Program-made: the position numbers and the translations under genes
Assembly: GCA_032718475.1 (NCBI GenBank)
Contig: JAUCBJ010006971.1
Span: 1 to 41,186 of the forward strand
DNA: 41,186 nucleotides
From: Nemertoderma westbladi
Lineage: Eukaryota > Animalia > Xenacoelomorpha
Reading direction: 5' to 3'
Shown here: positions 11,501 through 23,469 of the stretch, one piece after another
Layout of the letters: every line of letters begins with the position of its first letter
Numbering within the stretch: position 1 is the first letter of the stretch
The notes under the pieces: model-generated
Databases searched by the model: none
What the model was told of the DNA's origin: nothing
The model's input: the letters and a program-made list of their open reading frames with translations, nothing else

Positions 11501-12370
11501 CCCCCTCCAACGTCACCACTCCCAATCCCCTCAGTATGTCCCCCTCCAATGTCACTACTCCCCTCAATATGTCCCCCTCCAACGTCACCACTCCCACACC
11601 CTTCTGTATGTCCCCCTCCAACATCACCACTCACACTCCCCTCTGTATGTCCCCCTCCAACGTCACCACTCCCACTCCCCTCTGTATGTCCCCCTCCAAC
11701 ATCACCACTCACACTCCCCTCTGTATGTCCCCCTCCAACATCACCACTCACACTCCCCTCTGTATGTCCCCCTCCAACATCACCACTCACACTCCCCTCT
11801 GTATGTCCCCCTCCAACGTCACCACTCCCACTCCCCTCTGTATGTCCCCCTCCAACATCACCACTCACACTCCCCTCTGTATGTCCCCCTCCAACATCAC
11901 CACTCACACTCCCCTCTGTATGTCCCCCTCCAACATCACCACTCACACTCCCCTCTGTATGTCCCCCTCCAACATCACCACTCACACTCCCCTCTGTATG
12001 TCCCCCACCAACGTCACCACTCCCACTCCCCTCTGTATGTCCCCCTCCAACATCACCACTCCCACTCCCCTCTGTATGTCCCCCTCCAACATCACCACTC
12101 ACACTCCCCTCTGTATGTCCCCCTCCAACATCACCACTCACACTCCCCTCTGTATGTCCCCCCCCAACGTCACCACTCCCACTCCCCTCTGTATGTCCCC
12201 CTCCAACATCACCACTCACACTCCCCTCTGTATGTCCCCCTCCAACATCACCACTCACACTCCCCTCTGTATGTCCCCCTCCAACATCACCACTCACACT
12301 CCCCTCTGTATGTCCCCCTCCAACATCACCACTCACACTCCCCTCTGTATGTCCCCCTCCAACGTCACCA
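11500..12370. repeat. 39-bp minisatellite, ~22 copies, in frame with the transposase remnant
   Basis: The unit is CCCCCTCCAACATCACCACTCACACTCCCCTCTGTATGT, which reads GDVGGGHTEGSVS on the minus strand. Confidence 0.97.
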
Positions 12371-13411
12371 TTTACCAGAAGCATTGGAATCATTAGGGGG
12401 TATAGCCTTCCTCCGTAGAGGATATTGTTTGCGTGTGGCAGATATTGTTTACTTACACGAATATCAGTGCTATGCTTTATATAAAATAAACAAACTGGCT
12501 TGCTACCAAGAGTCAAGAAAGTGTTTAAAAAATCTGTTGTTCTGATTCTTTGATCGATGAATTGCTTATAGATGACAAAACGGTATGGTACAGTAACACA
12601 ACCTACTGGTAAACTCTTGTTACCTAAACTCTCATGGTTGTTTACCTAAACTGAAACTTTACAATATGTTATCATAACGCTTTGTGTAGTTTGTTAATGC
12701 CTGAATTGTTGATTTATGAATTAACTACCGGTAAACGGTAGCTGGCCGTGACAATTGCAAATGAATTGTTCAGACTAAATGACCAGTTAACTGTGTTTTG
12801 AAATATATCTAGAACATTTATTGAACATTGAATTTGTAATCAAAACCGTCTATCTGAGAAAGATTTGTTCTAGAGGTGGTCCAAAACCGTCTATCTCCAG
12901 ATAGATGGTTTTGATAAATTAAACGAATTTCCGAAACAGAGATACACTGTTTTGATAAATTAATAATCATGGAGATCTTGCATCCTATTGGTCAGTTAAT
13001 TTTTTTCGGTTAATTTTTCTCAGATAAATGGTTTTGATTAAAAATTGCTTCAAAAAATATCGAGATACACGGTTTTGGTCGCAAACCATTTTCTTTGCAT
13101 TTGATTATCAAGCTTCGGGACCTGGATAGAAAGATGCGCCTTGAAATTCTGATTCCAAATATATAAATATGTCATTTTCGTCAAAAATCGAGATACACGG
13201 TTTTGGAATATAAGGGCCGATCTGTGTTTGAAGTCGCCCATTTTGTTAGTTTGTGTAACAGGTTAATCGGCGCAAACACAGTATATAGTAAGAGCTACTT
13301 TACACACAAGTAAAATAAGCAAATTAAGTATTTTGTAAACAAGCCAACAATTTTTCTTAAGATAAAAATAAATAATTATTAGTCTTTAATTATTCGTCCT
13401 AATTTCACCAG

Positions 13412-13940
13412 TTCCTCCGCCAACTATAGGCCGCGTCACGAATGTCACCACCACTGCGGACATCCTCTTCCCTCACCGCCGGTGCAACAAGGCCCTATAA
13501 TCATAGGTCCACCCCCCGCGCCGCCCCCACCTCCCCAACAACCCCCCATTACAGCCCCAGCCCCACCTAGCGCTCCAACCATCATTGGGTTCGGAGATTC
13601 CGTATCCGACCGGTGCACCTGCGACTACCGGTACACCCACCCTACCGACAACCCACAGTGTTGTTGTGACTCTCTGTACCCTGAAGTGGGCGTCAGCTGT
13701 CACGAAAACCATGATGGACGTGGTTATAAAGAGAAAGACCACGGAACCTACATGAATTTCGGCAAATGTGTTCAAAAATACACAGGTTGCCCAATTAGGC
13801 GTTGTGAAATCAATGCCGAAGAATGTCCAGATATTGGAGTTGGTAGATGCTATAATCCGAATCGGAAACCCCCCGGAAAACTACGGGAGTTCTTAAGAAA
13901 AATGTTGTCTTCGAAATCAAAGGGAAATTTAAAAAAGTAA
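13412..13940 (+). CDS. Probable exon of a Pro-rich/Cys-rich orphan protein (no upstream in-frame ATG)
   Basis: The frame is open from 13383 to 13940 in a GC-richer island, with a candidate acceptor TTTCACCAG ending at 13411. It reads SSANYRPRHECHHHCGHPLPSPPVQQGPIIIGPPP...CTCDY...CCCDS...CVQKYTGCPIRRC. Composition resembles the 7632-8390 ORF. Confidence 0.5.
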
Positions 13941-14289
13941 AGGTGACAAAAACAGCGAGAATAGCGTTGAGTTTAAACGAAAATGAACTTAATACTTTGA
14001 GCAATGATAATAAATATTGACGAGAATACTGAAACTGAAAGTAAAACTGAAAATATCATCATCAATAAACCCGATGCCAATGTTTATAATGCTGTACCAA
14101 TGGGCCCTACCACCTCATCCCCGTTTTAGATAAAAATAAGGTAACTAATAAAACTGCCAAATAAACCAAATTTAAACAAATTATATTGGTATGGAGGCCA
14201 AGTCGCAAGTCAAATAAGAACCTACCTCAGGTTGGCATGGTTGCTACGTGAATCCTACGAAAATTTGACAGGTAAGACGTTAGAAGTTC

Positions 14290-14552
14290 CCCCTTGTTGT
14301 AGTGGTTGCATTGAATTCTTGGAGGTCGTGGGTTCGATCTCCGCATGGAGGCCCGGCCAGATTTCGTTCAGGCACGATTGCTTCAAAGGGTGAAACCAGG
14401 GCCCATCTCTGCAATGAATCCTTAAATTGTATCTAAATGAGTACTGGAGTTTCCTCTGGGGAGTATAGTCCTGGGGGGACCGCACTGGAAATAAGTCGTC
14501 AGACTTTGTGCGTAATCCCTGGCCCAAACGGACGAAGAAAACTTTACTTTTA
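14290..14552 (+). mobile_element. tRNA-derived SINE
   Basis: An A-box-like TTGTAGTGG is followed by a B-box in GGTCGTGGGTTCGATCTCC (~14323-14342). The ~200-bp body ends in a simple tail ACTTTACTTTT. Confidence 0.6.
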
Positions 14553-14559
14553 TATAAGG

Positions 14560-17500
14560 GAGTTTAAGGCTCGGATGTTATATAGATTGAAACTTTAGTT
14601 AAGGAGGTCCTGATTACTTGTAGCAAACAGTCGGTAGCTGTCGGTCTTTCGATAGCAGCTACCCGAGGCTACGTTGGGCGCTACTCCTGCCTGCTACCCG
14701 AAGGAAGGGGTGGGCGCTACTCCTATCTGCTACCCAAGGCTACGTTGGACGCTACTCCTACCTGCTACCCGAAGGAAGGGGTGGGCGCTACTCCTATCTG
14801 CTACCCGAGGCTACGTTGGGCGCTACTCCAACCTGCTACCCGACGGTAGGTTACTTTTATCTGCTACCCGAAGGTAGGGGTGGGCGCTACTCCTATCTGT
14901 TACCCGAAGATAGGGATGGGCGCTACTCATATCTACTACCCGAAGGTAGGGGTGGGCGCTACTCCTATCTGCTACCCGAGGGTATTGGTGGGCGTTACTT
15001 CTATCTGCTACCCGAAGGGGTATGGGTGGGCGCTACTCACATCTGCTACCCAAAGGTAGGGGTGGGCGCTACTCCTATCTGCTACCCGAAGGTCGGGGTG
15101 GGCGCTACTCCTATCTGCTACCCGAAGGTAGGGGTGGGCGCTACTCCTATCCGCTACCCGAAGGGGTATGGGTGGGCGCTACTCACATCTGCTACCCAAA
15201 GGTAGGGGTGGGCGCTCCTCCTATCTGCTACCCGAAGGTATGGGTGGGCGCTACTCACATCTGCTACCCGAAGGTAGGGGTGGGCGCTACTCTTATCCGC
15301 TACCCGAAGGGGTATGGGTGGGCGCTACTCACATCTGCTACCCGAAGGTAGGGGTGGGCGCTACTCCCATCTGCTACCCGAAGGTAGGGGTGGGCGCTTC
15401 TCCTATCTGCTACCCGAAGGTAGGGGTGGGCGCTACTCCTATCTGCTACCCGAAGGTAGGGGTGGGCGCTATTCCTATCTAGCTCCCCGAAGGTAGGGGT
15501 GGGCACTACTCCTATCTGCTACCCGAAGGTAGGGGTGGGCGCTACTCCTATCTGCTATCCGAAGGTAGGGGTGGGCGCTACTCCTATCTGCTACCCGAAG
15601 GTAGGGGTGGGCGCTATTCCTAACTAGCTCCCCGAAGGTAGGGGTGGACGCTACTCCTATCTGCTACACGAAGGTAGGGGTGGGCGCTACTCCTATCTGC
15701 TACCCGAGGGTAGGGGTGGGCGCTACTCCTATCTACTAACCGAAGGTAGGGGTGGGCGCTATTCCTATCTAGCTCCCCGAAGGTAGGGGTGGGCGCTACT
15801 CCTATCTGCTACCCGAAGGTAGGGGTGGGCGCTACTCCTATCTGCTACCCGAAGGTAGGGGTGGGCGCTACTCCTATCTGCTACCCGAGGGTAGGAGTGG
15901 GCGCTACTCCTATCTGCTACCCGAAGGTAGGGGTGGGCGCTTCTCCTATCTGCTACACGAGGGTAGGGGTGGGCGCTACTCCTATCTGCTACCCGAAGGT
16001 AGGGGTGGGCGCTACTCCTATCTGCTACCCGAAGGTAGGGGTGGGCGCTACTCCTATCTGCTACCCGAGGGTAGGGGTTGGCGCTACTCCTATCTGCTAC
16101 CCAAAGGTAGGGGTGGGCGCTACTCCTATCTGCTACCCGAAGGTAGGGGTGGGCGCTACTCCTATCTGCTACCCGAGGGTAGGGGGTGGGCGCTACTCCT
16201 ATCTGCTACCCGAAGGTAGGGGTGGGCGCTACTCCTATCTGCTACCCGAAGGTAGGGGTGGGCGCTACTTCTGCTACCCGAAGGTAGGGGTGGGCGCTAT
16301 TCCTATCTAGCTCCCCGAAGATAGAGGTGGGCGCTATTCCTGTCTGCTACCCGAAGGTAGGGGAGGGTGCTACTCCTATCTGCTACCCGAGGGTAGGGGT
16401 GGGCGCTACTCCTATCTAGCTCCCCGAAGGCTGGGGTGGGCGCTACTCCTATCTGCTACCCGAAGGTAGGGGTGGGCGCTACTCCTATCTGCTACCCGAA
16501 GGTAGGGGTGGGCGCTACTCCTATCTGCTACCCGAAGGTAGGGGTGGGCGCTACTTCTGCTACCCGAAGGTAGGGGTGGGCGCTATTCCTATCTAGCTCC
16601 CCGAAGATAGAGGTGGGCGCTATTCCTGTCTGCTACCCGAAGGTAGGGGAGGGTGCTACTCCTATCTGCTACCCGAGGGTAGGGGTGGGCGCTACTCCTA
16701 TCTAGCTCCCCGAAGGCTGGGGTGGGCGCTACTCCTATCTGCTACCCGAAGGTAGGGGTGGGCGCTATTCCTGTCTGCTACCCGAAGGTAGGGGAGGGTG
16801 CTACTCCTATCTGCTACCCGAAGGTAGGGGTGGGCGCTATTCCTATCTAGCTCCCCGAAGGTAGAGGTGGGCGCTATTCCTGTCTGCTACCCGAAGGTAG
16901 GGGAGGGTGCTACTCCTATCTGCTACCCGAGGGTAGGGGTGGGCGCTACTCCTATCTGCTCCCCGAAGGTAAGGGTGGGCGCTACTCCTATCTGCTACCC
17001 GAAGGTAGGGGTGGGCGCTACTCCTATCTGTTACACGAAGGTAGGGGTGGGCGCTACTCCTATCTGCTACCCGAAGATAGGGGTGGGCGCTGCTCCTATC
17101 TGCTACCCGAGGGTAGGGGTGGGCGCTACTCCTATCTGCAACCCGAAGGTAGGGGTGGGCGCTATTCCTATCTAGCTCCCCAAAGGTAGGGGTGGGCGCT
17201 ACTCCTATCTGCTACCCGAAGGTAGGGGTGGGCGCTGCTCCTATCTGCTACCCGAGGGTAGGGGTGGGCGCTACTCCTATCTGCAACCCGAAGGTAGGGG
17301 TGGGCGCTATTCCTATCTGCTACACGAAGGTAGGGGTGGGCGCTACTCCTATCTGCTACCCGAAGATAGGGGTGGGCGCTACTCCTATCTGCTATCCGAA
17401 GGTAGGGGTGGGCGCTACTCCTATCAGCTACCCGAAGATAGGGGTGGGCGCTACTCCTATCTGCTACCCGAAGGTAGGGTTGGGCGCTACTCCTATCTGC

Positions 17501-17684
17501 TACCCGAAGTTGGGGGTGGGCGCTACTCCTATCTGCTACCCGAAGATAGGGGTGGGCGCTACTCCCATCCCACGACTCGACTCGACTCGACCCCGCGGGA
17601 TGAAAGGCTGAGTGACCCTGTCGGGGCTCGAACCTACAACCAATAGATCGCAGGCCTGGCCTCAACCCACATATCTACCCCGCC
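14560..17684 (-). mobile_element. tRNA-derived SINE inflated by a 2.9-kb internal minisatellite
   Basis: The minus-strand head is GGCGGGGTAGATATGTGG...GTAGGTTCGAGCCCC (B-box 17625-17634). It is followed by ACTCAGCCTTTCATCCC..GGGGTCGA, which resembles a conserved SINE central domain, then directly by the array and a ~100-bp unique tail. The 3' boundary is approximate. Confidence 0.65.
14657..17568. repeat. 36-bp GC-rich minisatellite, ~80 copies, with higher-order blocks
   Basis: The unit is CTGCTACCCGAAGGTAGGGGTGGGCGCTACTCCTAT. Shared variants recur as blocks, e.g. the same short deletion at ~16266 and ~16551. Confidence 0.98.
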
Positions 17685-18628
17685 ATCAAACAATTTATAT
17701 AGTTCGAATTCCCAACAGGATTAATTCATTAGTCTCTCAGCGTCTCACATAATCTAACAGTAATTAAAAATAAATAAGAGAGGAGGAATTGGGAAATTGG
17801 GAAAAAGTAAATGGATGACATTTTTGGTCTTTAATAACTTTTTTTCATTTTATATGTACTGTATCGTCGGTGAAAAGGCAAAAGGGCATTTATGCATGCG
17901 ATTCCTGACAATGTCCTAATTTTTCTGGCGAAATATAAAAGCCTAAAATAAACGTGATTTTTGTGCAAAAATATAGCGTTTTTTCTGCAATTTTTCGGGT
18001 GTAAAAGTGCATTTGGGTAAAACAATTGTAAAGGAAATTTACTTAAATAAATTCACTAAAGGCTAAAAGGGTATTACTAAATGCAAAAGATAATTTGATA
18101 ATGCCATTGTCACCACCAACTTATATCGACCATAGCATGTCAAGTACTATGAGAACTGATAAAGAGCTTCACCAGATACCAAATATATTAAATTTGGTTG
18201 AACCAATAAAGACTTATAAGGTTTTTAGTGTCTCCTGAACAATTTTTTTTATCGAATAGCCTTTTGCCTAATAAGAGACGATATATCCCTCAAGTAAACA
18301 ACTATATACATCACTGAGTCAAAGTAACACTTTTCAGCGTCATGATGACCGCATCAAGGTCATCACCATTGATTTTTCTTCGTATTAACCAATTAATTAT
18401 ATATAAATCTACAAGATGCGATTGTCTACTGTAACAAAGAGTATCTACCGAAATCAAAATTTAAAACAACCAAAACAACACACCCAAGAAAAACATATAC
18501 CCATAAAAACAAGAAAAATATTTGATAAATTATATAATTTAATGGAAATGTTCTACATAAAGTTTTGTAGACAAAACAGCAATTAAAAAAATAAAGATTG
18601 AATTGATCTAACCTAAAAGGCAGATAAA

Positions 18629-19495
18629 TTAGCTTAATTTACCGAGTTGGGACTTCCTGTAAATTTCCGATGCGGAGAAAAACAGCGAGTCAATGATGCC
18701 AGCTACGGTGAAGACCCCGCCAACAATAGCGCAGACAGTGGTGACGAAATGGTAGAATGGTTGTCGCGTCTCACGGTAGTTCACCGAGATGGGGTTGATG
18801 TCGTGTTTGAACCAGATTGCGGGGGTGCTGCGATGTGAGCCGCTGGAGACATGGGCCTTGTGCGCGAATGTGTACTGGTAACTGTAGGAGACGTTCCCAC
18901 TAAAATGTTGGTAGACAGTGGGGACGATCTTTAGGTAGTATTCGTGGGTGGCGCCGGCGTCGGATGTGCGCTTGTCACCGTTGGCGAGGCTGTCGAAGGA
19001 CCCGAGAGTATTGCCTTCGAATAGGACGTCTCCGAACTGGAGGGTGTGTATCTGGTGTCGCATTACCGGCATCCCGTCCCCGGACCCGGTAGCGTGGGTC
19101 GATACGTGGAAGTTGCCAGGCACTTTGGATATCTGGAAGTTGGCCCTGAACTTGCAGCCTTTCCCGTCGTTGATTGGCTCTTTGACGACGTTGTCAACGT
19201 AACCAACCTCGTGCCGACCCAACTGGTCTTGTATGTCCAGCCCAACCACTATACAGTTGAGTTCGGGAAGGGATATGTTGAACATTGCCGATATTCGCAT
19301 CTCGTCTCCTTTTGGATCCCCAACAACCAACTCTGATTGCAGCGTTGGCGTTATAAACGACCCCAATTCTTTTACTATGAGGAAGGTTATCGAGGTAACG
19401 CAGATGACAGAGAATATTCCGCCGGCGATAGTGGGTTGCGAGAGGTCTTTAGGTACCTTGCGGTAAATATCTAGACGACGAAAATCGAAAAACAT
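18629..19495 (-). CDS. ERGIC1: ER-Golgi intermediate compartment protein 1 (ERGIC-32), intronless, 288 aa
   Basis: The N-terminus MFFDFRRLDIYRKVPKDLSQPT is followed by a TM segment. Other motifs are GLDIQDQLGRHEVG, ISKVPGNFHVSTH, LKIVPTVY, QPFYHFVTTVCAIVGGVFTVAGIIDS and the C-terminal QLGKLS. Motifs and length match metazoan ERGIC1. Confidence 0.96.
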   Translation of the reverse strand: MFFDFRRLDIYRKVPKDLSQPTIAGGIFSVICVTSITFLIVKELGSFITPTLQSELVVGDPKGDEMRISAMFNISLPELNCIVVGLDIQDQLGRHEVGYVDNVVKEPINDGKGCKFRANFQISKVPGNFHVSTHATGSGDGMPVMRHQIHTLQFGDVLFEGNTLGSFDSLANGDKRTSDAGATHEYYLKIVPTVYQHFSGNVSYSYQYTFAHKAHVSSGSHRSTPAIWFKHDINPISVNYRETRQPFYHFVTTVCAIVGGVFTVAGIIDSLFFSASEIYRKSQLGKLS

Positions 19496-19605
19496 TGTCG
19501 TTTAAATAATAGCAACGAAATAATTGCAACTTGAAATCTTTTGATACACGAAATTTCAGTAATATAACTGGATAGCTAGATACTGTACATGTTAGGGAAA
19601 ATATT

Positions 19606-20836
19606 TATTTACATCATTGTGTATAAAAAGTAGCACTTGTCTCTGCGTTACATGACCCGAGTGCATTTACGTAACGAGAGAGCGGAATGATGGAGGTTTA
19701 CAGGAGTTCCGTCCTATAGGCCGCAACGCTGGAAAGTAAACACTAACTTAGTAACAATAAACTTCTAGAACTCGTCTTGAGTATTCTCCATTAATGGAAG
19801 CCATTGTTTTAGGCCAATCGTAAGATTATTTACCGTACATTATTACAGAATTTCATAAAAAGGATATTAATTTCATTAATATTCCTAAACATTACGATAT
19901 TAATACAAATAATTAAAGGGTTTAGAGCAGGGTTTTTTTTTTAAATGTCCGCTGTCAAAAGTTTCTAAACGGCGAGGAAAAATTTAGAAAATCTCTAATT
20001 TGTTTAGAAAACCAAAATAATTTGACAATGACGAATTTGAAAGATTCCAGTAGAGCACGGGAGATATATACCTTCTTGTGACATCGACGGACTCAGATAA
20101 AATCTGAAAGCGACTTATGACATACGACTCATGAGTTACCAATAAGACGCGGGCTTACGTAATCTTAAATATCATCGAAGCATTAAACTAATAAAGACCT
20201 ACTACCCTATGTAATGCAGCGTTGGTAAATTAATGCCATTTTTATTGGGAAGGAATATTCCACATGATTGGGGTGTTGGGACAGAAAATAAGTATAAAAT
20301 TTATAAGACTGTAAATTATGGTGAATGTCAGTGAAACACTCTTAAACACTGTAACACAGTCGATGTCGATCTACTTAGAAATAAACAATACCAAAGAAGT
20401 GAGTTTATTTGATATTATAGAAGTTGGTACAAATGAAGCTGATGGTGATGAATCAGATTTAGAGGATCAAGTATTCGATTCTGGTGAATGAACAAGGAAC
20501 AAACAACATTAATAATTAATTATATATGGTTATCTTAAATTTTGATTTACACAGGTGTTTTTATTTCAAACGCTGTAGTAAAGTTTATATTTTTCAATTT
20601 GTTGTTGCAATATTTAATTTTAGAAATATTTCTAAACAAGTTTAAAAAATTTAGAAATCACTATTTTTATTTATAAATTTCACTAACAAATTTAGAAAAA
20701 AAAACCTGGTTCAGAGCGCCCATAAACTAACATAATAACAAAATTAACAATTTTTTGTGTGTATTCAGCGTTTACGACCCTTGAATATTTATGAAACGCT
20801 GAAAAGTGCTACTTTATTTAAACAATGATGTAAATA
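19606..20836. mobile_element. Non-autonomous TIR element immediately upstream of ERGIC1, host of a nested MITE
   Basis: Imperfect ~36-bp inverted repeats are TATTTACATCATTGTGTATAAAAAGTAGCACTTGTC and GAAAAGTGCTACTTTATTTAAACAATGATGTAAATA. The superfamily is unclear. Confidence 0.7.
19928..20708. mobile_element. hAT-like non-autonomous element
   Basis: Termini are CAGGGTTTTTTTT..TAAAT and ATTTAGAAAAAAAAACCTG. The 8-bp TSD is GTTTAGAG/GTTCAGAG (1 mismatch), and TTTAGAAA subterminal repeats are present. Confidence 0.75.
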
Positions 20837-20940
20837 GTAATGTATAATAGTGTAGTACTTAATGTTGTACTTAATGTCAATGTTAATGTTGTAACTATAA
20901 TAATAATTACAATGTACCTTATAACTTGGAACAGTTTAAC

Positions 20941-21066
20941 CCGGTTCACCGACAAACTTCGCGTTATCGCGTTGACAGTACAGTGACAGCGCTGTCAAAG
21001 TGGATACAAAATGCGACGCACATCTACCGCACTGTCACCGCGAAGTGTGTCTATGAATTGAACCGG
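20941..21066. mobile_element. Short degenerate MITE, possibly PIF/Harbinger (Tourist-like)
   Basis: Inverted ends are CCGGTTCA..GACAAACTTCGCG..TGACAGT and ACTGTCACCGCGAAGTGTGTC..TGAACCGG. Confidence 0.55.
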
Positions 21067-22281
21067 CCTTCAATGTACAATTTACCGCGCCGTAATTGGT
21101 CACAGAGCCCTTCGAAATCAGTACAGTCAAAGCAAAATAGCCTTCTGCTCAAGTTAATTAGTTTCTTCAAAGGTTTACAAAGATTCAATATTATGTTAAG
21201 TTGACGGCAGCTTTAGTAAATGCCACGGGATACAATTTACAACGATAAATCAGTTTTATTACAGTTGTTGGCCAGCCCGTGTTAGCTGCTAATAGTGAAA
21301 AAAGAGTTGAGATATAAAAGGTGATGGTGACAATTAAACGACTGGTAACATGAAAAAAACGCCGCAAAAAAAGAGAAAAAATAGCCACTGCAAACCGTTT
21401 GTAAAAATAAAAGTAACTGTCCTAATTAATTAAATGTAATAAAAGGATGTTACACAATGTTGAACCAAATAAATACAGAACTGAAGCAGCCGTAACGATG
21501 TTAATAAAATATATATTATTTTTTATTGTCAGGGATGCTGCTGCCATGCGAGCAAAGCAAACGGTATAGTAATTGTCTCTCAACGGGAATACACGCACGC
21601 GAAATAGCGTGGATCGATAAAGTGATTGCTGGGAAGACATATGCCTACAATATCGGCATAAATACATCCACATCTCTGCAATCAGCGCGTGTAGACTTCC
21701 AATAACGTGGAGTATTATTAATACAATAGTACGATAATGGGTTCTTTAAACACTCCCCTCCCCTCCCACACACAAAGGGGCTCTAACAACGGCCCGGATT
21801 CAATAAATATAAAAATAAGAAAGTTAAGCAAGATATACGAGTTCTATAAAGTACTTTATTCGCCATGATATACATGATTATATTCAAAGAAAATATTTTA
21901 TTTCTAATAAACTAAATTTAAATATACCTGGATCTATAATAATAGTTATAATAATAATAATATTAGCAGGGAAGATAAATATACAATATAGTCCCAGCCA
22001 GCATTCACATAGTACTGTATACACTGCTATGTGAGTAATGGCGTATCTAATATAAATGTGATGATGGATTGTATTGAATGATTTATAATATGCCAGATGG
22101 CGGCGACCTAATGTTTCCCGTTAGGATGACAGGCGCATTTGCTACTGTACAGTATGTATAATTATACTGTGATGTCTATTATGTTATATTTGTTGAGATG
22201 CACTTCCTAGCAGAAAGCTTAACGGTTTGGTTCGAAATGTTGAAACTTTCAAAATGTGTCGTTAAACGGAAAACGTGGTAA

Positions 22282-22784
22282 ATGGCCCTATAAGTCAGCC
22301 TGAGTACAGTGACAGACAACAAACACTATGGCCCTATAAGTCAGCCTGAGTACAGTGACAGACAACAAACACTATGGCCCTATAAGTCAGCCTGAGTACA
22401 GTGACAGACAACAAACACTATGGCCTATAAGTCAGCCTGAGTACAGTGACAGACAACAAACACTATGGCCTATAAGTCAGCCTGAGTACAGTGACAGACA
22501 ACAAACACTATGGCCCTATAAGTCAGCCTGAGTACAGTGACAGACAACAAACACTATGGCCTATAAGTCAGCCTGAGTACAGTGACAGACAACAAACACT
22601 ATGGCCCTATAAGTCAGCCTGAGTACAGTGACAGACAACAAACACTATGGCCCTATAAGTCAGCCTGAGTACAGTGATAGACAACAAACACTATGGCCCT
22701 ATAAGTCAGCCTGAGTACAGTGACAGACAACAAACACTATGGCCCTATAAGTCAGCCTGAGTACAGTGATAGACAACAAACACT
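22282..22784. repeat. 45/46-bp minisatellite, 11 copies
   Basis: The unit is ATGGCCCTATAAGTCAGCCTGAGTACAGTGACAGACAACAAACACT. Copies are near-identical and directly adjacent, with no spacers. Confidence 0.97.
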
Positions 22785-23063
22785 CTTCAGAGTATCCCCA
22801 TAAAATGATTTCACCCGCAATAAATGATGACAAATTTCAATATTCGAATTTGGGGGGTTTGAATAAAGACACGATATTCCAGGACATATTCTACAACCCG
22901 GTTGCCTTGCACTGTAATAATTATTGAGCGATGCAATATTAATAAAGCAATGTAAAAATGTTGATGAAATATTACAAATAAGAAAGTTATCATTCGCTGA
23001 TTAATAATTTGTTCACCAATTTGATTTGTTTTAGGTTTACTTATTGATGATAAAAAAATAATT

Positions 23064-23469
23064 AAAGGGCTGAGCATAAAAAAGTCATATGTGACAAAAG
23101 TGTCATTCTGAGATAATCACACTTGCATTTTTTTTACCAACACATTTACAGTTGATGTTGGCTTTCTGTATTTTTGAATGCAAGTACATAGATGTACTTC
23201 AAAATCTTTACTTTCAAAATTTTTTTTTCTAAAACTTCAAAATTGTTTCGCATATATCAGGCAGTATTGTACTTAAGACCTTTTTTTGTTTATGTCTATG
23301 CGATTTTTACTGTAAGTAGGACTATTTTACTCCAGGATATCAGGCAGTATTGTTCATATGATCTCAGAACCTCATTGGTAAGTTAAGTTAGGTCTCATAG
23401 GACCTCTGTATGAGTATAACTCTGATTCTAAGAATATGTCACATAGGACCTTTTTATGGTCAGCCCTTC
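23064..23469. mobile_element. Sola1-like MITE (406 bp)
   Basis: The ~33-bp TIR is (A/G)AAGGGCTGA(G/C)CATAAAAA(A/G)GTC(A/C)TATGTGACA. The 4-bp TSD is AATT (23060-23063 and 23470-23473), and CATAGGACCT repeats lie inside. Confidence 0.78.

Larger units (their letters stand above)
9636..13219 (-). mobile_element. Sola1-type DNA transposon, internally deleted (3584 bp)
   Basis: There is a perfect 30-bp TIR CGGCCCTTATATTCCAAAACCGTGTATCTC and a 4-bp TSD ATCT (9632-9635 and 13220-13223). The subterminal motif CAAAACCGTNTATCTC recurs at ~9650, 9991, 12841 and 12881, and inverted at ~12900, 12939, 13022 and 13062. A transposase remnant lies inside. Confidence 0.88.

Noticed and set aside
11442-12545. 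Plus-strand His/Pro-rich, extensin-like ORFs
   Set aside because: All frames are open only because the 39-bp unit lacks stop codons.
14674-17665. CYPKVGVGATPI and related repeat ORFs
   Set aside because: These are translations of the 36-bp minisatellite, with frequent frameshifts and stops.
17600-17684. Functional tRNA genes here and at 14290 and 26025
   Set aside because: A/B boxes are present, but I could not build complete cloverleafs, and each runs into a SINE-like body.
21422-21720. hAT transposase remnant (IDPRY in one frame)
   Set aside because: It is a single short motif with no other supporting blocks.
22282-22784. CRISPR-like array
   Set aside because: The repeats are contiguous with no unique spacers, there are no cas genes, and the context is eukaryotic. 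The same applies to the 36-bp and 49-bp arrays.
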